Part shown: piece after piece, positions 1 through 8,600 of the stretch | Layout: the number at the start of each line of letters is the position of its first letter | Numbering within the stretch: position 1 is the first letter of the stretch | NCBI GenBank assembly: GCA_937898755.1 | Contig: CALEJU010000036.1 | Location: 214,545-278,544, forward strand | Direction of reading: 5' to 3' | Length of the DNA: 64,000 nt | Source of the DNA: an uncultured Acidobacteriota bacterium | Lineage (GTDB): Bacteria > Acidobacteriota > Terriglobia > Terriglobales > SCQP01 | Position numbers and translations under genes: made by a program | The notes under the pieces: model-generated | The model's database searches: none | Seen by the model: only the letters and a program-made list of their open reading frames with translations | What the model was told of the DNA's origin: nothing

Positions 1-563
1 GCACGAGTGAATTCGACTTCGGTGAGAACCGGCAAAAGCGCTTGTCCCGCGCCGCCCTCCACCAACCAGAGCGAATGGGGGCCGGCAACCATTGCCTCCA
101 AGTAGTCGTTCAGCATGAGCGGTGGTTGAATGGCAGGCACGGAATGACGGCGACTTTGCTCGGACGCCTGGTGCGCCACACGCTGCCAGCGCTCGACGCG
201 CTTCGGGGCAGCTTGCGCCAGGTGCCGATCCGTGCGCCGCGTCACCAGCGGCTGGATGCACGTCACGCCAAGTTCGGTCGCCTTTTCCACCAGCCATTCA
301 AAACGGTCGAATTTGAAGATCGCGGCGGCGAGCGTTAAACAACCGTCCACTATCAAGGTCGGCAGCTCCTCGCCGAGCGTAAAACAGACGTCCGTTGATG
401 AAATGCTTGTGATGCGTCCGAGAAACACCCGGCCTTGGCAGGCCAGTTCATATTCCTGGCCGACCTTGGCCCGCAGCACGGTCACCGCATGAGCGGCCGC
501 TGCCCCACGCAACCAGGCGGTGTTGTGTTCCACGGTCGCGGAATGGAAGCGTCGCCGCGTCAT
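1..563 (-). CDS. rsmE: 16S rRNA (uracil1498-N3)-methyltransferase RsmE, 5' part (3' end runs off the window start)
   Basis: Absent from the ORF track because it is open at the window edge. My minus-strand translation from ATG 563-561 gives MTRRRFHSATVEHNTAWLRGAAAAHAVTVLRAKVGQEYELACQGRVFLGRI...AAAIFKFDRFEWLVEKATELGVTCIQPLVTRRTD...RWQRVAHQASEQSRR. This matches the RsmE N-terminal PUA-like region and the K-x-D-[KR]-x-E-W...TELGV SPOUT core. It lies 10 nt downstream of dnaJ on the same strand. Confidence 0.7.
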   Translation of the reverse strand, partial: MTRRRFHSATVEHNTAWLRGAAAAHAVTVLRAKVGQEYELACQGRVFLGRITSISSTDVCFTLGEELPTLIVDGCLTLAAAIFKFDRFEWLVEKATELGVTCIQPLVTRRTDRHLAQAAPKRVERWQRVAHQASEQSRRHSVPAIQPPLMLNDYLEAMVAGPHSLWLVEGGAGQALLPVLTEVEFTR

Positions 564-572
564 GGACAAAGA

Positions 573-1706
573 CTACGCGAAGAAATCGCTCACCTTATCG
601 AACAAGCCACGCTCGTGCGGCTGATTGCTGTGCGGCATCAGGTCCTTCAGCTCTTCGAGATGGGCGCGCTGTTCGCGGGTCAGACGCGTCGGCACTTCCA
701 CTTGAACCCGGATGTGCAGATCGCCGCGACCGCGGCCCTGCAGGCGGGGTAAGCCTTTGCCGCGCAAAGGCGCCAAGCTGGCCCCGCTCTGTGTTCCGGC
801 CGGTATCTTGACCTTCTCGCGGCCCCATGGCGTGGGAACTTCGATCTCGCAGCCGAGCGCCGCTTGCGGGAACGAGAGTGGGATCACGCACAGGATGTCC
901 GCTCCTTTGCGTTCAAAGTGCGGGTGCGGCGCCACCTTGAGCACGACATACAGGTCGCCGTGGGGGCCGCCGTTGGCACCGGCCTCGCCTTCCCCGGAAA
1001 CGCGCAACTGCACCCCGTCTTCCACTCCGGCGGGGATATGAATCGGCTTCTGGATGGTCTTCTCGATGCGTCCACGTCCCCGACAACGCGGGCAGGCATC
1101 GCGCACCACCGTACCGGTCCCGCTACACGTGGAGCAGGTGCGGGCCACCGCAAAAAAGCCCTGCTGCATGCGCACCTGCCCCTGTCCTCCGCAGCTGGAG
1201 CAGGTCGCAGGCGGTGTGCCACCGCGCGTGCCGCGGCCGGAACACTCGTCGCAACTTTCCAGGCGCGTGAATTTCAGCGTCTTGTCAACACCCTGCAGGA
1301 CTTCCTCGAAGGTCACGTCAAGGTCGTACCGCAGATCGCTGCCCCGCTGCGCGCGCCGGCCGCGTCGACCGCCACCCGCCTGGCCGAACAGATCGCCCAA
1401 TCCGAAGATGTCACCAAAAATGTCGGCGAAGTCGCCGAAGCCAGCCGCGCCGCCTCCGTTGCCACCGCCTGCCTGGAAAGCAGCATGGCCAAAGCGATCG
1501 TACTGGGAGCGCTTCTGCCCATCGCTGAGGATGCTGTACGCTTCCGAGGCCTCCTTGAAACGCTCCTCGGCCTGGGGATCGGTCTGGTTCCGGTCGGGAT
1601 GGTACTGCAGCGCCAGCTTACGGTACGCTGCCTTGATGGCAGCGTCGCCAGCATCCCGGCCGACGCCCAAAACCTCATAGTAATCACGTTTTTCCGCCAC
1701 GCTCAT
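573..1706 (-). CDS. dnaJ: Molecular chaperone DnaJ (Hsp40)
   Basis: 377 aa with ATG start. J domain (DYYEVLGV...YRKLALQYHPDRN), G/F-rich linker, four CxxCxGxG zinc-finger repeats (CDECSGRG, CSSCGGQG, CSTCSGTG, CPRCRGRG) and a C-terminal substrate-binding domain. Confidence 0.97.
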   Translation of the reverse strand: MSVAEKRDYYEVLGVGRDAGDAAIKAAYRKLALQYHPDRNQTDPQAEERFKEASEAYSILSDGQKRSQYDRFGHAAFQAGGGNGGGAAGFGDFADIFGDIFGLGDLFGQAGGGRRGRRAQRGSDLRYDLDVTFEEVLQGVDKTLKFTRLESCDECSGRGTRGGTPPATCSSCGGQGQVRMQQGFFAVARTCSTCSGTGTVVRDACPRCRGRGRIEKTIQKPIHIPAGVEDGVQLRVSGEGEAGANGGPHGDLYVVLKVAPHPHFERKGADILCVIPLSFPQAALGCEIEVPTPWGREKVKIPAGTQSGASLAPLRGKGLPRLQGRGRGDLHIRVQVEVPTRLTREQRAHLEELKDLMPHSNQPHERGLFDKVSDFFA

Positions 1707-1747
1707 GCTTCCAGCTTCCTCGCCCTGGTTCCTACGGTTGCGCGTCG

Positions 1748-2362
1748 CTATGATTGGATGTCGCGATCCGGCTGCGGATTCGAGTTGCGTGCCACGCGCA
1801 CCATGGCCGGTCGAATGAGACGCTCTTTCAGGCGATAGCCCTTCTGTAACTCCTCGAGCACGACGTGATCGGGGGCGGCGTCCGTCTCGACCATCTCAAT
1901 GGCTTCGTGGACATGCGGGTCGAACCGTTTGCCCACTGCCGCGACCGCTTCCATGCCCAGCTTCCGCGTGACGTCGTTCAGCTGGCGCTGGATCAGTTCC
2001 ACGCCCCTGCGAAAGTCTTCCGCCGCCTCATTGGGCGTACTCAGAGCGCGCTCGAAACCATCCAACACGGGTAAAAAGGCTCGCAGCGTCTCGGCAACGA
2101 CCTGGGGTCGCAGGTCCACCAGGTCCCGCTGCACCCGCTTGCGATAGTTGTCGAACTCCGCCGCCTTGCGCAGCAACTGATCTTCGGCCTGCGCCTGCGC
2201 CTCGCGTGCTTTTTGCAATGCGTCCTGCAACGAACGCAGTTCCTCATCCCCCGCTTCTACGGCTTCTGCGGCTTCCGCGCTGGGAACCACTTCGGGACCG
2301 CGTGGTTCTTCGCTGCCTTCTCGTTCCACGTCGGAACTTGGCTTTGTGTTTCTGATTCTCAT
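1748..2362 (-). CDS. grpE: Nucleotide exchange factor GrpE
   Basis: The ORF 1748..2461 has a 33-aa N-terminal extension that overlaps hrcA. The internal ATG (MRIRNTKPSS...) at 2362 lies immediately after the hrcA stop (2364). Coiled-coil N-terminal half and a GrpE C-terminal core (FDPHVHEAI...VVLEELQKGYRL..RLIRPAMVRV). Confidence 0.92.
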   Translation of the reverse strand: MRIRNTKPSSDVEREGSEEPRGPEVVPSAEAAEAVEAGDEELRSLQDALQKAREAQAQAEDQLLRKAAEFDNYRKRVQRDLVDLRPQVVAETLRAFLPVLDGFERALSTPNEAAEDFRRGVELIQRQLNDVTRKLGMEAVAAVGKRFDPHVHEAIEMVETDAAPDHVVLEELQKGYRLKERLIRPAMVRVARNSNPQPDRDIQS

Positions 2363-2363
2363 A

Positions 2364-3431
2364 TCAATTTTCCTTGAGCATGCGGCTGAACACATCGCGC
2401 ACCGCCGCCACCGCCGCCAGGGCACGCTCGTATTCCATGCGGGTCGGACCCAGAATGGCAAACGCCCCCTCGGAATGATCCGGTGCGGTATAGCGGGCCA
2501 GGATCAACGACATCTCCGGCAAATCGTCCTCATCGAGCCCAATCCGGACACGCAGCGTGACATCCCCTCCCACCGGGTCGCCCTCATCCGCCATGCGCGT
2601 CAACAGCGCCAGCAGTTTCTCTCGTTCGTGCAGCGTCTGGAGGATGCTCGCCAGGCGCTCATGATCATGCAACAGCGCGACCAGACGAGGCGTGCCTTCA
2701 AGATAAATCTGTCCGGCGTCCTGCATTTCGAGCACGCCGCAGTGATACAGCACCAGCACGCGCTTCAACAGTTGATCGTAGGCTTCCCGATCCTCGTCCA
2801 CGCGCCGGACCAATTCGCGGCGAATGCGGTCCATGGTCCAACCGGAAAAGTGATGGTTGAAGTAGCGCGCGGCGGTATCGAGATCATCCTGGCGATAGTC
2901 TTCCGGCAAGCGCGTCACGCGCTCGCGAACCTGACCGTCGACCGCCACTAGAACACCCAACACCCGGCGGTCGGCAAGGCGAATAAAGCGCACCTGGCGC
3001 ATCCCACGGTCGGACCATGGCGCGACCCCCACCAAGCCGACTTGGGATGACATCTGCGAGAGAAAATGACATGCGCGCGCCAGGAGTTCCGGTCCTTCGC
3101 CCCCCGCCAAGCTCTGCTGCAGACGCGCCTCATCGGCAACGGCCAAGGGGCCCGGGGGCGCTAATTGCTGCACGTAACTGCGCAGCCCTTTCAAGCTGGG
3201 TATGCGACCGGCGGAGGTGTGCGGCTGTTCTAAAAACCCCCGCGCTTCGAGTCGAGCCAGAATGCTCCGAATCGAGGCGGAACTCAGCCCGTCGCTGCGC
3301 TGCTGCGCCAAAGCTCCCGAGGCTACCGGTTCACCCGTGCCGAGATATTGCTCGAACAGCGCGATCAGCACTTCCCGATCCCGTGGCTCGAGGTTGCCCA
3401 ATTCGCCCGGAAATGGCTTGGATTCAGTCAT
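2364..3431 (-). CDS. hrcA: Heat-inducible transcription repressor HrcA
   Basis: 355 aa with ATG start. N-terminal winged-helix region (REVLIALFEQYLGTGEPVASGALA) and HrcA C-terminal domain. First gene of an hrcA-grpE-dnaJ arrangement. Confidence 0.92.
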   Translation of the reverse strand: MTESKPFPGELGNLEPRDREVLIALFEQYLGTGEPVASGALAQQRSDGLSSASIRSILARLEARGFLEQPHTSAGRIPSLKGLRSYVQQLAPPGPLAVADEARLQQSLAGGEGPELLARACHFLSQMSSQVGLVGVAPWSDRGMRQVRFIRLADRRVLGVLVAVDGQVRERVTRLPEDYRQDDLDTAARYFNHHFSGWTMDRIRRELVRRVDEDREAYDQLLKRVLVLYHCGVLEMQDAGQIYLEGTPRLVALLHDHERLASILQTLHEREKLLALLTRMADEGDPVGGDVTLRVRIGLDEDDLPEMSLILARYTAPDHSEGAFAILGPTRMEYERALAAVAAVRDVFSRMLKEN

Positions 3432-3444
3432 TTACAGCCCACTC

Positions 3445-3485
3445 ATCCCTTTTTAAATGATAAGGGATTTTGCCCGGACTAGCAA
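3445..3485 (-). promoter_or_regulatory. Candidate sigma70-type promoter of the hrcA operon with an overlapping 7-bp inverted repeat
   Basis: On the minus strand: TTGCTA (3485-3480), 17 nt, TATCAT (3462-3457). The inverted repeat ATCCCTT-N10-AAGGGAT (3445-3468) overlaps the -10 element. It forms an AT-rich patch in GC-rich DNA, 14-37 nt upstream of the hrcA ATG. Confidence 0.3.
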
Positions 3486-3533
3486 GGCGTGGTCCTCCGC
3501 CTTGGTGTCATGTGCGCCGGTCCACAACGCCGC

Positions 3534-5012
3534 CTACACGTCGATTTGGGCGCGCTGCAGGCGACCACTGAAATCGAGGTACACCGTCTTCCACTCACTG
3601 TAGACGTCCAGTGTCGCAGTGCCACTCTCGCGGTGTCCATTACCGGTGTTCTTGGTTCCGCCGAACGGCAAGTGCACCTCGGCGCCAATGGTCGGCGCAT
3701 TGACATAAACAATACCGGTATGAAGCTCGCGCACCGCATGCAACGCGGCGTTGACATCGGAGGTGAAGATGGAGGAGGACAGACCGTACTCGACGTTGTT
3801 GGCAATGGCGAGCGCCTCGTCCAAGTCGGCACAAGGAAGCACCGTCACCACCGGGCCGAAAATCTCCTCGCGTGCGATCCGCATTCCCGGCTGCACATCG
3901 GCAAATACCGTGGGGGCGAAAAAAAAGCCCTTGGCCATGCCTGCCACGCGCGTTCCACCACAACACAAATGCGCCCCTTCCCGGCTGCCTAGTCGGGCGT
4001 AGCCCTCCACGCGTTGCAATTGCGCAGCATTCACCAGCGGACCCACTTGCACGGCCGGGTCCAAGCCGTCGCCGATAGTCAATTCGCGCGTCCGCTCAAC
4101 CAGCCGGTCAAGAAAAGCTTTGTAGATGCCCTTTTGCACCACAATCCGACTGGCCGCAGTGCAGCGCTGCCCGCTTGTTCCGAAGGCACCCCAGAGGCAG
4201 CCATCCACGGCCAGCTCGAAGTTGGCATCGTCCATTACGATCACGGCGTTCTTTCCGCCAAGTTCCAGGTTGCAGTGTTTAAAAAGGCGGGCCGCCTCCT
4301 GCCCAACCTGCCGCCCAACTTCGGTCGAGCCGGTGAACGAAATAATACGTGTTTGCGGGTGGGTGACCAGCGAGGCACCGCTCTCCTCGCCCCGACCCAT
4401 GACAACGTTGACCACCCCCGCTGGAATACCGGCATCCACCAGCACTTGCACAAAATTCAAGCAAGTGAGAGGCGAATCTTCAGCCGGCTTGATCACCACC
4501 GTGTTGCCGCATACCAACGCTGGAACCATCTTCCAACTCGGGATGGCCATCGGAAAATTCCACGGCGTGATGAGTCCTGCCACCCCCAGCGGTACCCGCT
4601 GCGTCAAACAGAACTTGTCCGGCAGCTCCGAAGGCGTGGTCTGGCCATACATACGGCGCCCTTCGCCCGCCATGAAGAACAGCATGTCAATCGCTTCTTG
4701 AACGTCACCCCGCGCCTCCAGCAGCACCTTACCCATCTCGCGCGTCATGTCGCGCGCCAGTGTCTCTTTCCGTTCCGTCAGGAGCTGCCCCGCGCGAAAC
4801 AGAATCTCCGCGCGGCGGGGCGCCGGCGTCCTGCTCCAATCCGGGTAAGCGGCGGCAGCCGCAGCTACGGCTCGATCCACATCGCTGGCATCCGAATCGG
4901 GAAAAACTCCCAGCACGTCGTCCACGTTGGCGGGATTACGATTCTCTAAATAACGCCCGAGGGCGGGAGCCACCCACGTGCCACGGATGAAGTTCTGATA
5001 AGTGGGTGTCAT
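3534..5012 (-). CDS. NAD(P)-dependent aldehyde dehydrogenase family protein
   Basis: The ORF 3534..5249 has an implausible Arg/Ser-rich 79-aa leader. The internal ATG at 5012 gives MTPTYQNFIRGTWV..., a typical ALDH N-terminus. ALDH motifs are present (FTGSTEVG, LELGGKNA, catalytic-Cys region GQRCTAASR, EEIFGPV). Confidence 0.9.
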   Translation of the reverse strand: MTPTYQNFIRGTWVAPALGRYLENRNPANVDDVLGVFPDSDASDVDRAVAAAAAAYPDWSRTPAPRRAEILFRAGQLLTERKETLARDMTREMGKVLLEARGDVQEAIDMLFFMAGEGRRMYGQTTPSELPDKFCLTQRVPLGVAGLITPWNFPMAIPSWKMVPALVCGNTVVIKPAEDSPLTCLNFVQVLVDAGIPAGVVNVVMGRGEESGASLVTHPQTRIISFTGSTEVGRQVGQEAARLFKHCNLELGGKNAVIVMDDANFELAVDGCLWGAFGTSGQRCTAASRIVVQKGIYKAFLDRLVERTRELTIGDGLDPAVQVGPLVNAAQLQRVEGYARLGSREGAHLCCGGTRVAGMAKGFFFAPTVFADVQPGMRIAREEIFGPVVTVLPCADLDEALAIANNVEYGLSSSIFTSDVNAALHAVRELHTGIVYVNAPTIGAEVHLPFGGTKNTGNGHRESGTATLDVYSEWKTVYLDFSGRLQRAQIDV

Positions 5013-5082
5013 AAGGGGTGTGTCATCGCGGGCGCTATGAGATTTCACGCCGGCGCCGGACAATTTCCTGCTTCTCGCGCAC

Positions 5083-5586
5083 TCAGCGTCCAGTTGCCGT
5101 GCCCGGCTGATCGTATTTCGGTCCCAGGCCCAACGCAATGAGCGCGCGGGCATCGGGAACGAACTTGTGCTGCCAGTGGTGGACGGTTTGGAACCGGCGC
5201 ATGGCGTCCTCCGTGGCCGCGTCCCAAGCGCCTGACGGCGGCACGGCATAACCGGCGCGCGCCAATGCTTCCTGAATAGCGGTTGCCCGCTCGGGGCTGA
5301 TTTCCGGAACCACCGGTCCCATGCTGTAAGGATGGCGCTTCAACGCCAGAGCGTGCAATCGCCGCTTCCGCTCCGCCGCAGTCTCGCGATGGCGGGGCAT
5401 GCGCCGGCGGGCACGTCCGATCCGGCCGGTGGCGTGACCGGAAGGTTGCGACTTGCGTTCTGGTGCAGCCGCTCGATGGCGGGACTGCCCGTGATGGTGC
5501 ACGTGGCGGACAACCCTGGCCGCCACGCTGGGAATCGAGCTCAAGCCCACCAGCACGATAAGAAGGAACTGGAACAACGAACGCAT
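5083..5586 (-). CDS. Secreted hypothetical protein with putative peptidoglycan-binding-like C-terminal domain
   Basis: The ATG at 5586 (MRSLFQFLLIVLVGLSSIPSVAA, signal-peptide-like) is preceded by GGAGAG. A basic His/Arg-rich linker follows. The C-terminus (AIQEALARAGYAVPPSGAWDAATEDAMRRFQ) resembles the PG_binding_1 pattern. The domain call is tentative. Confidence 0.55.
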   Translation of the reverse strand: MRSLFQFLLIVLVGLSSIPSVAARVVRHVHHHGQSRHRAAAPERKSQPSGHATGRIGRARRRMPRHRETAAERKRRLHALALKRHPYSMGPVVPEISPERATAIQEALARAGYAVPPSGAWDAATEDAMRRFQTVHHWQHKFVPDARALIALGLGPKYDQPGTATGR

Positions 5587-5621
5587 GCTCTCCACGGTAC
5601 CGCCTATCTTTTTCAATGCGG

Positions 5622-5641
5622 CAGCGTACCGCCAGCGTACC
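5622..5641. repeat. Direct repeat CAGCGTACC x2 with 11-bp period
   Basis: cagcgtacc-gc-cagcgtacc at 5622-5630 and 5633-5641, 36-55 nt upstream of the 5586 start on the minus strand. Possible operator. Confidence 0.25.
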
Positions 5642-5844
5642 AGACGTCCATCTGTTCGCTTGCACTCGGACGTGGGACTTTAAAAGCCCCCGCTTCCCCC
5701 GGTCGAATGCTGGCCACATGGCGATGGTTCTGCTGCATGCTCGTCAGCATGAAGCGGTCGACGCGGATCACAATGTCGGTCTCACTCGTTCGGCCACCGC
5801 ATGTAGGCCTCCCTTGGATTGACGCATGCCGTAATCCACACGGG

Positions 5845-6744
5845 CTAGGGCACCCCTGACGCCAACGCCTCGCCTCCGACTGGCTGCGGCGCCGCCAGTT
5901 CGGTGACCACGATGGCCACCAAGATCAGGACAGAGCCCACCGCCTGGCGGGGATGGAGCCGTTCATGTTCCCAGACGTAACTGGCGGCGCAAGCAAACAC
6001 GGGCTCCAGTGTAAACAGCAACGCCGCATGCGTCGCGGAGACAAACTGTTGGGCCCACGCCTGCACCGTGAACGCCAAGGCCGTCGCCAGCACGGCGGTA
6101 ACCACGAGCGCGGTCCATAACCGGGTCGACCCATGGAAATAATAGGGCTGAACGGGTACAGCCAACCAGGTGAAGAGGCCGGCAAAACCTACTTGCAGGA
6201 CCGCCAATGGCTGGAAGGCATGGGCAGTCGAAAAGTGACCCAGTGCGTAGATATGGCCAGCGAAAGCCACGGCACACGCCAAAACCAACACGTCGCCGCG
6301 ATTAATTCCACCAACCTCGACGGCTCCGGAAAAGGCCAGGAGGTACAAGCCAAGGGTGGCGACCACAGTTCCCAGCCAGGCGCTCCAGCGTGGGTTGCGT
6401 CGCATTCCCACGGCGGTGAACAACGGCACCAAGACCACGGAAAGCCCGGTGATGAACCCCGCCTTGGCCGGCGTTGTGAGACTCAGACCCAGCGTTTGAA
6501 AGGCATAGCCGGTCGCCATCAGGAGCCCCAGCATGGCCCCCGCTATCCACACCCGCCGCTCGATCTGGCGCAGGTGGTGGCCATAGATCGCGGCAAGCAA
6601 GCCGGTGGCCAACGTCATGCGAACGGCGTTGAAGACGAGCGGCGAGGCGTCCTGCAAGGCCTGTTTGACCATCACAAACGTCAAACCCCAGACGGCGGTG
6701 ACGGCGACCAGCAAGAGGTCCGCGATCGCACGACGGGGCTTCAT
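5845..6744 (-). CDS. DMT superfamily transporter (EamA/RhaT-like, two EamA domains)
   Basis: The ORF 5845..7149 overlaps the upstream amidohydrolase by about 400 nt. The internal ATG at 6744 (MKPRRAIADLLLVAVTAVWGLTFVMVKQAL) forms an ATGA overlap with the amidohydrolase stop (6741-6743). About 10 predicted TM helices with the typical EamA pattern. Confidence 0.85.
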   Translation of the reverse strand: MKPRRAIADLLLVAVTAVWGLTFVMVKQALQDASPLVFNAVRMTLATGLLAAIYGHHLRQIERRVWIAGAMLGLLMATGYAFQTLGLSLTTPAKAGFITGLSVVLVPLFTAVGMRRNPRWSAWLGTVVATLGLYLLAFSGAVEVGGINRGDVLVLACAVAFAGHIYALGHFSTAHAFQPLAVLQVGFAGLFTWLAVPVQPYYFHGSTRLWTALVVTAVLATALAFTVQAWAQQFVSATHAALLFTLEPVFACAASYVWEHERLHPRQAVGSVLILVAIVVTELAAPQPVGGEALASGVP

Positions 6745-8441
6745 TGCGAGGCGGCGCGATACCGCACCACGCCCCCCACGATGGTCATCAAGACCGTGGT
6801 ATGCAGAATGGCAATGGGCACCACCGTCCGCAGGTCCTGCGAAAGAACTACAAAGTCCGCCAACTTGCCCGGTGCCAGTGAGCCCTTCTGGGTTTCGGAA
6901 AATTCCGCCATCGCCGACCCCAGGGTATAAGCGTGGAGCGCCTGTTCCCGCGACAGGCGCTCCGCCGGGTAGTAGGTTTGCCGCTGATCGAGCGACTGGC
7001 GGGTGATCGCAGCATAGAGACCGGGGAAAGGTGAGATGGACTCGACCGGATAGTCGGTGCCAAATGCCAGCGGGACGCCATGCCGCAGCAGGCTCGCCCA
7101 CAGATACGAATATCGAGCACGTCCCGAGCCCAGCCGGGCCTCGGCCCACCGCATGTCGGTCAGAAGATGATTCGGCTGCACCGAGGCAATCACACCCAGA
7201 GCATGCAGACGCGGCACGTCCTCCGGGGCGATGACCTGGAGGTGTTCAATGCGATGGCGCGGACCCACCATCTCCGAGGGATCCATGCCCCCTTTCCGTC
7301 CCTCCCCTTTCGGGGCTGGAAGGGACGCAAAAGTATCGAGCGCCATGCGAACGGCGCGATCCCCGATGGCGTGGAACCCCAACTGGAAGCCTGCAGCACT
7401 CCGCTCCCGGGCCAATGCATCCAATTGAGCCATCTCGTACTGTGGCAGTCCCGTGTTTCCGGGATCGTCGGCATGCGGCGCCAACAACGCCGCTGTGCGC
7501 GAACCGAGGCTGCCGTCCATAAATCCCTTGAGCATGCCAGTTCGCAACCAGGAATCGTCGGCCGCATGATGGCGCCGTTGGGCTTCCAGAGTCGCGAGGG
7601 GAGCGGCAAAGGATAGCCATTCGCTGACCCGCACCGGTAATTTTCCCTCCCGCTCCAGAGCCTCCAAGGCGAGAAAGTCCTCCCAGCTTGAGTTGTCCTG
7701 AAGCGATGTAATGCCATGCCGGAGGGCATCGTCGAGAGCGAGCGACAGAGCTTGTCGCCGTTTTGCCGGCGAGGGCGGCGGGATCCTGCTTTGCACCAGT
7801 CCCATTGCCCCCTCGAGCAACAACCCGCTGGGCTGTCCGTGGGCGTCAAGGGCGATGCTGCCTCCCTCGGAAGCGGTGCTGGCGGCGGTGATCCGTGCCA
7901 TTTCCAAGGCGAGTGTATTCACGACGGCAACATGTCCATCAGTGCGCGCGAAAAAAGCAGGATGGTTACCGGTCACCGCATCGAGATCATGCCGGTTGGG
8001 AAAACGGGCCTCCGGCCACAAGGTATGATCCCAGCCGCGTCCGGTCAGCCACTCGCCGTCGGGCGTATGCGCTGCGGCTTCGCGAATGCGGGCCTGCATC
8101 TCAGCCAGCGAGCGGCAGCCTTCCATCTGCACGCTCAGCGCCGCCGCTCCTCCCATCGCCAGATGCACGTGCGCATCGTTGAACCCCGGCATGACAAAGT
8201 GCTTCTGCAGTTCCACGCGCGCAGTATTGGGGCCGGCCAAAGCGAGGACTTCGGCGTCGCTGCCCACCGCCACAATGCGGTCCCCGCGCGTCGCGATCGC
8301 TTCGGCCGCCGGCCGGCTGCGGTCCATCGTCGCCAGATGCCCGTGAAAATAGATGATGTCCGGTGCCTGTGCTCCAGCCAGCGTGTTCATCGCGAAGAGT
8401 ATGAGGAGGACGCCACGGTCAGGGCGAGGGAAAAAAGCCAC
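6741..8441 (-). CDS. Amidohydrolase-3 family metal-dependent hydrolase (YtcJ-like), probably secreted
   Basis: Motifs GFNDAHVHL (HxH), GFHAIGDRAV, RIEHLQVI and FGTDYPVE. The track ORF starts at TTG 8477. I prefer GTG 8441 (VAFFPRPDRGVLLILFAMNTLAGAQA-PD), which gives a signal-peptide-like N-terminus. The start is uncertain by about 40-100 nt. Confidence 0.85.
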   Translation of the reverse strand: MAFFPRPDRGVLLILFAMNTLAGAQAPDIIYFHGHLATMDRSRPAAEAIATRGDRIVAVGSDAEVLALAGPNTARVELQKHFVMPGFNDAHVHLAMGGAAALSVQMEGCRSLAEMQARIREAAAHTPDGEWLTGRGWDHTLWPEARFPNRHDLDAVTGNHPAFFARTDGHVAVVNTLALEMARITAASTASEGGSIALDAHGQPSGLLLEGAMGLVQSRIPPPSPAKRRQALSLALDDALRHGITSLQDNSSWEDFLALEALEREGKLPVRVSEWLSFAAPLATLEAQRRHHAADDSWLRTGMLKGFMDGSLGSRTAALLAPHADDPGNTGLPQYEMAQLDALARERSAAGFQLGFHAIGDRAVRMALDTFASLPAPKGEGRKGGMDPSEMVGPRHRIEHLQVIAPEDVPRLHALGVIASVQPNHLLTDMRWAEARLGSGRARYSYLWASLLRHGVPLAFGTDYPVESISPFPGLYAAITRQSLDQRQTYYPAERLSREQALHAYTLGSAMAEFSETQKGSLAPGKLADFVVLSQDLRTVVPIAILHTTVLMTIVGGVVRYRAASQ

Positions 8442-8600
8442 GCGCGTATCGTGCCCCACGCATGGCGGTGGCGGCAAGCAGCCGGCTATGTGCAGGTTCC
8501 GGACGCCTTTTGAGGAACCTGCCGGGTCGGCTCCCCTGAAGCCAAGAGCGCAGGCGTCGAGCCGAGGGTCGCGGCCCGGTCAGAGCAGGCGGTGCCGCGC

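Noticed and set aside
864-1838. 324-aa plus-strand ORF, and similar long antisense ORFs (4014..4949, 18467..19324, 30945..32075, 40065..41045, 47658..48647, 51686..52645, 52692..53594, 59402..60280, 59748..60686, 11993..12823)
   Set aside because: Each overlaps, on the opposite strand or in another frame, a gene with strong family signatures (dnaJ, ALDH, nuoL, oxidoreductase, glutaminase-like, recN, tolB, pal, ileS, nuoF). None has recognisable motifs. Their composition is that expected from stop-codon-poor GC-rich DNA.
3432-3533. Looked for a CIRCE element (TTAGCACTC-N9-GAGTGCTAA) upstream of hrcA. Also considered the hairpin CAAGGCG-N8-CGCCTTG (3484-3505) as an operator.
   Set aside because: There is no CIRCE-like match. 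The GC hairpin is better explained as a transcript-end structure for the aldehyde dehydrogenase gene, which stops at 3534.
5045-5719. 224-aa minus-strand ORF in an alternative frame over the PG-binding-like gene
   Set aside because: It has an Arg/Gly/Pro-rich composition and no signal or motifs. The 5083..5586 frame has a signal peptide, an SD and a domain-like C-terminus.
6745-7149. 135-aa N-terminal extension of the DMT transporter ORF, and analogous extensions of the ALDH (5013..5249), grpE (2363..2461), receptor (36734..36832), TPR (33520..33690), tolB (51254..51388), marC (39991..40131), rluD (57687..57821) and gamma-CA-like (29509..29862) ORFs
   Set aside because: The extensions overlap neighbouring genes or terminators and are Arg/Pro/Ser-rich. 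They precede internal start codons that give canonical family N-termini or signal peptides.
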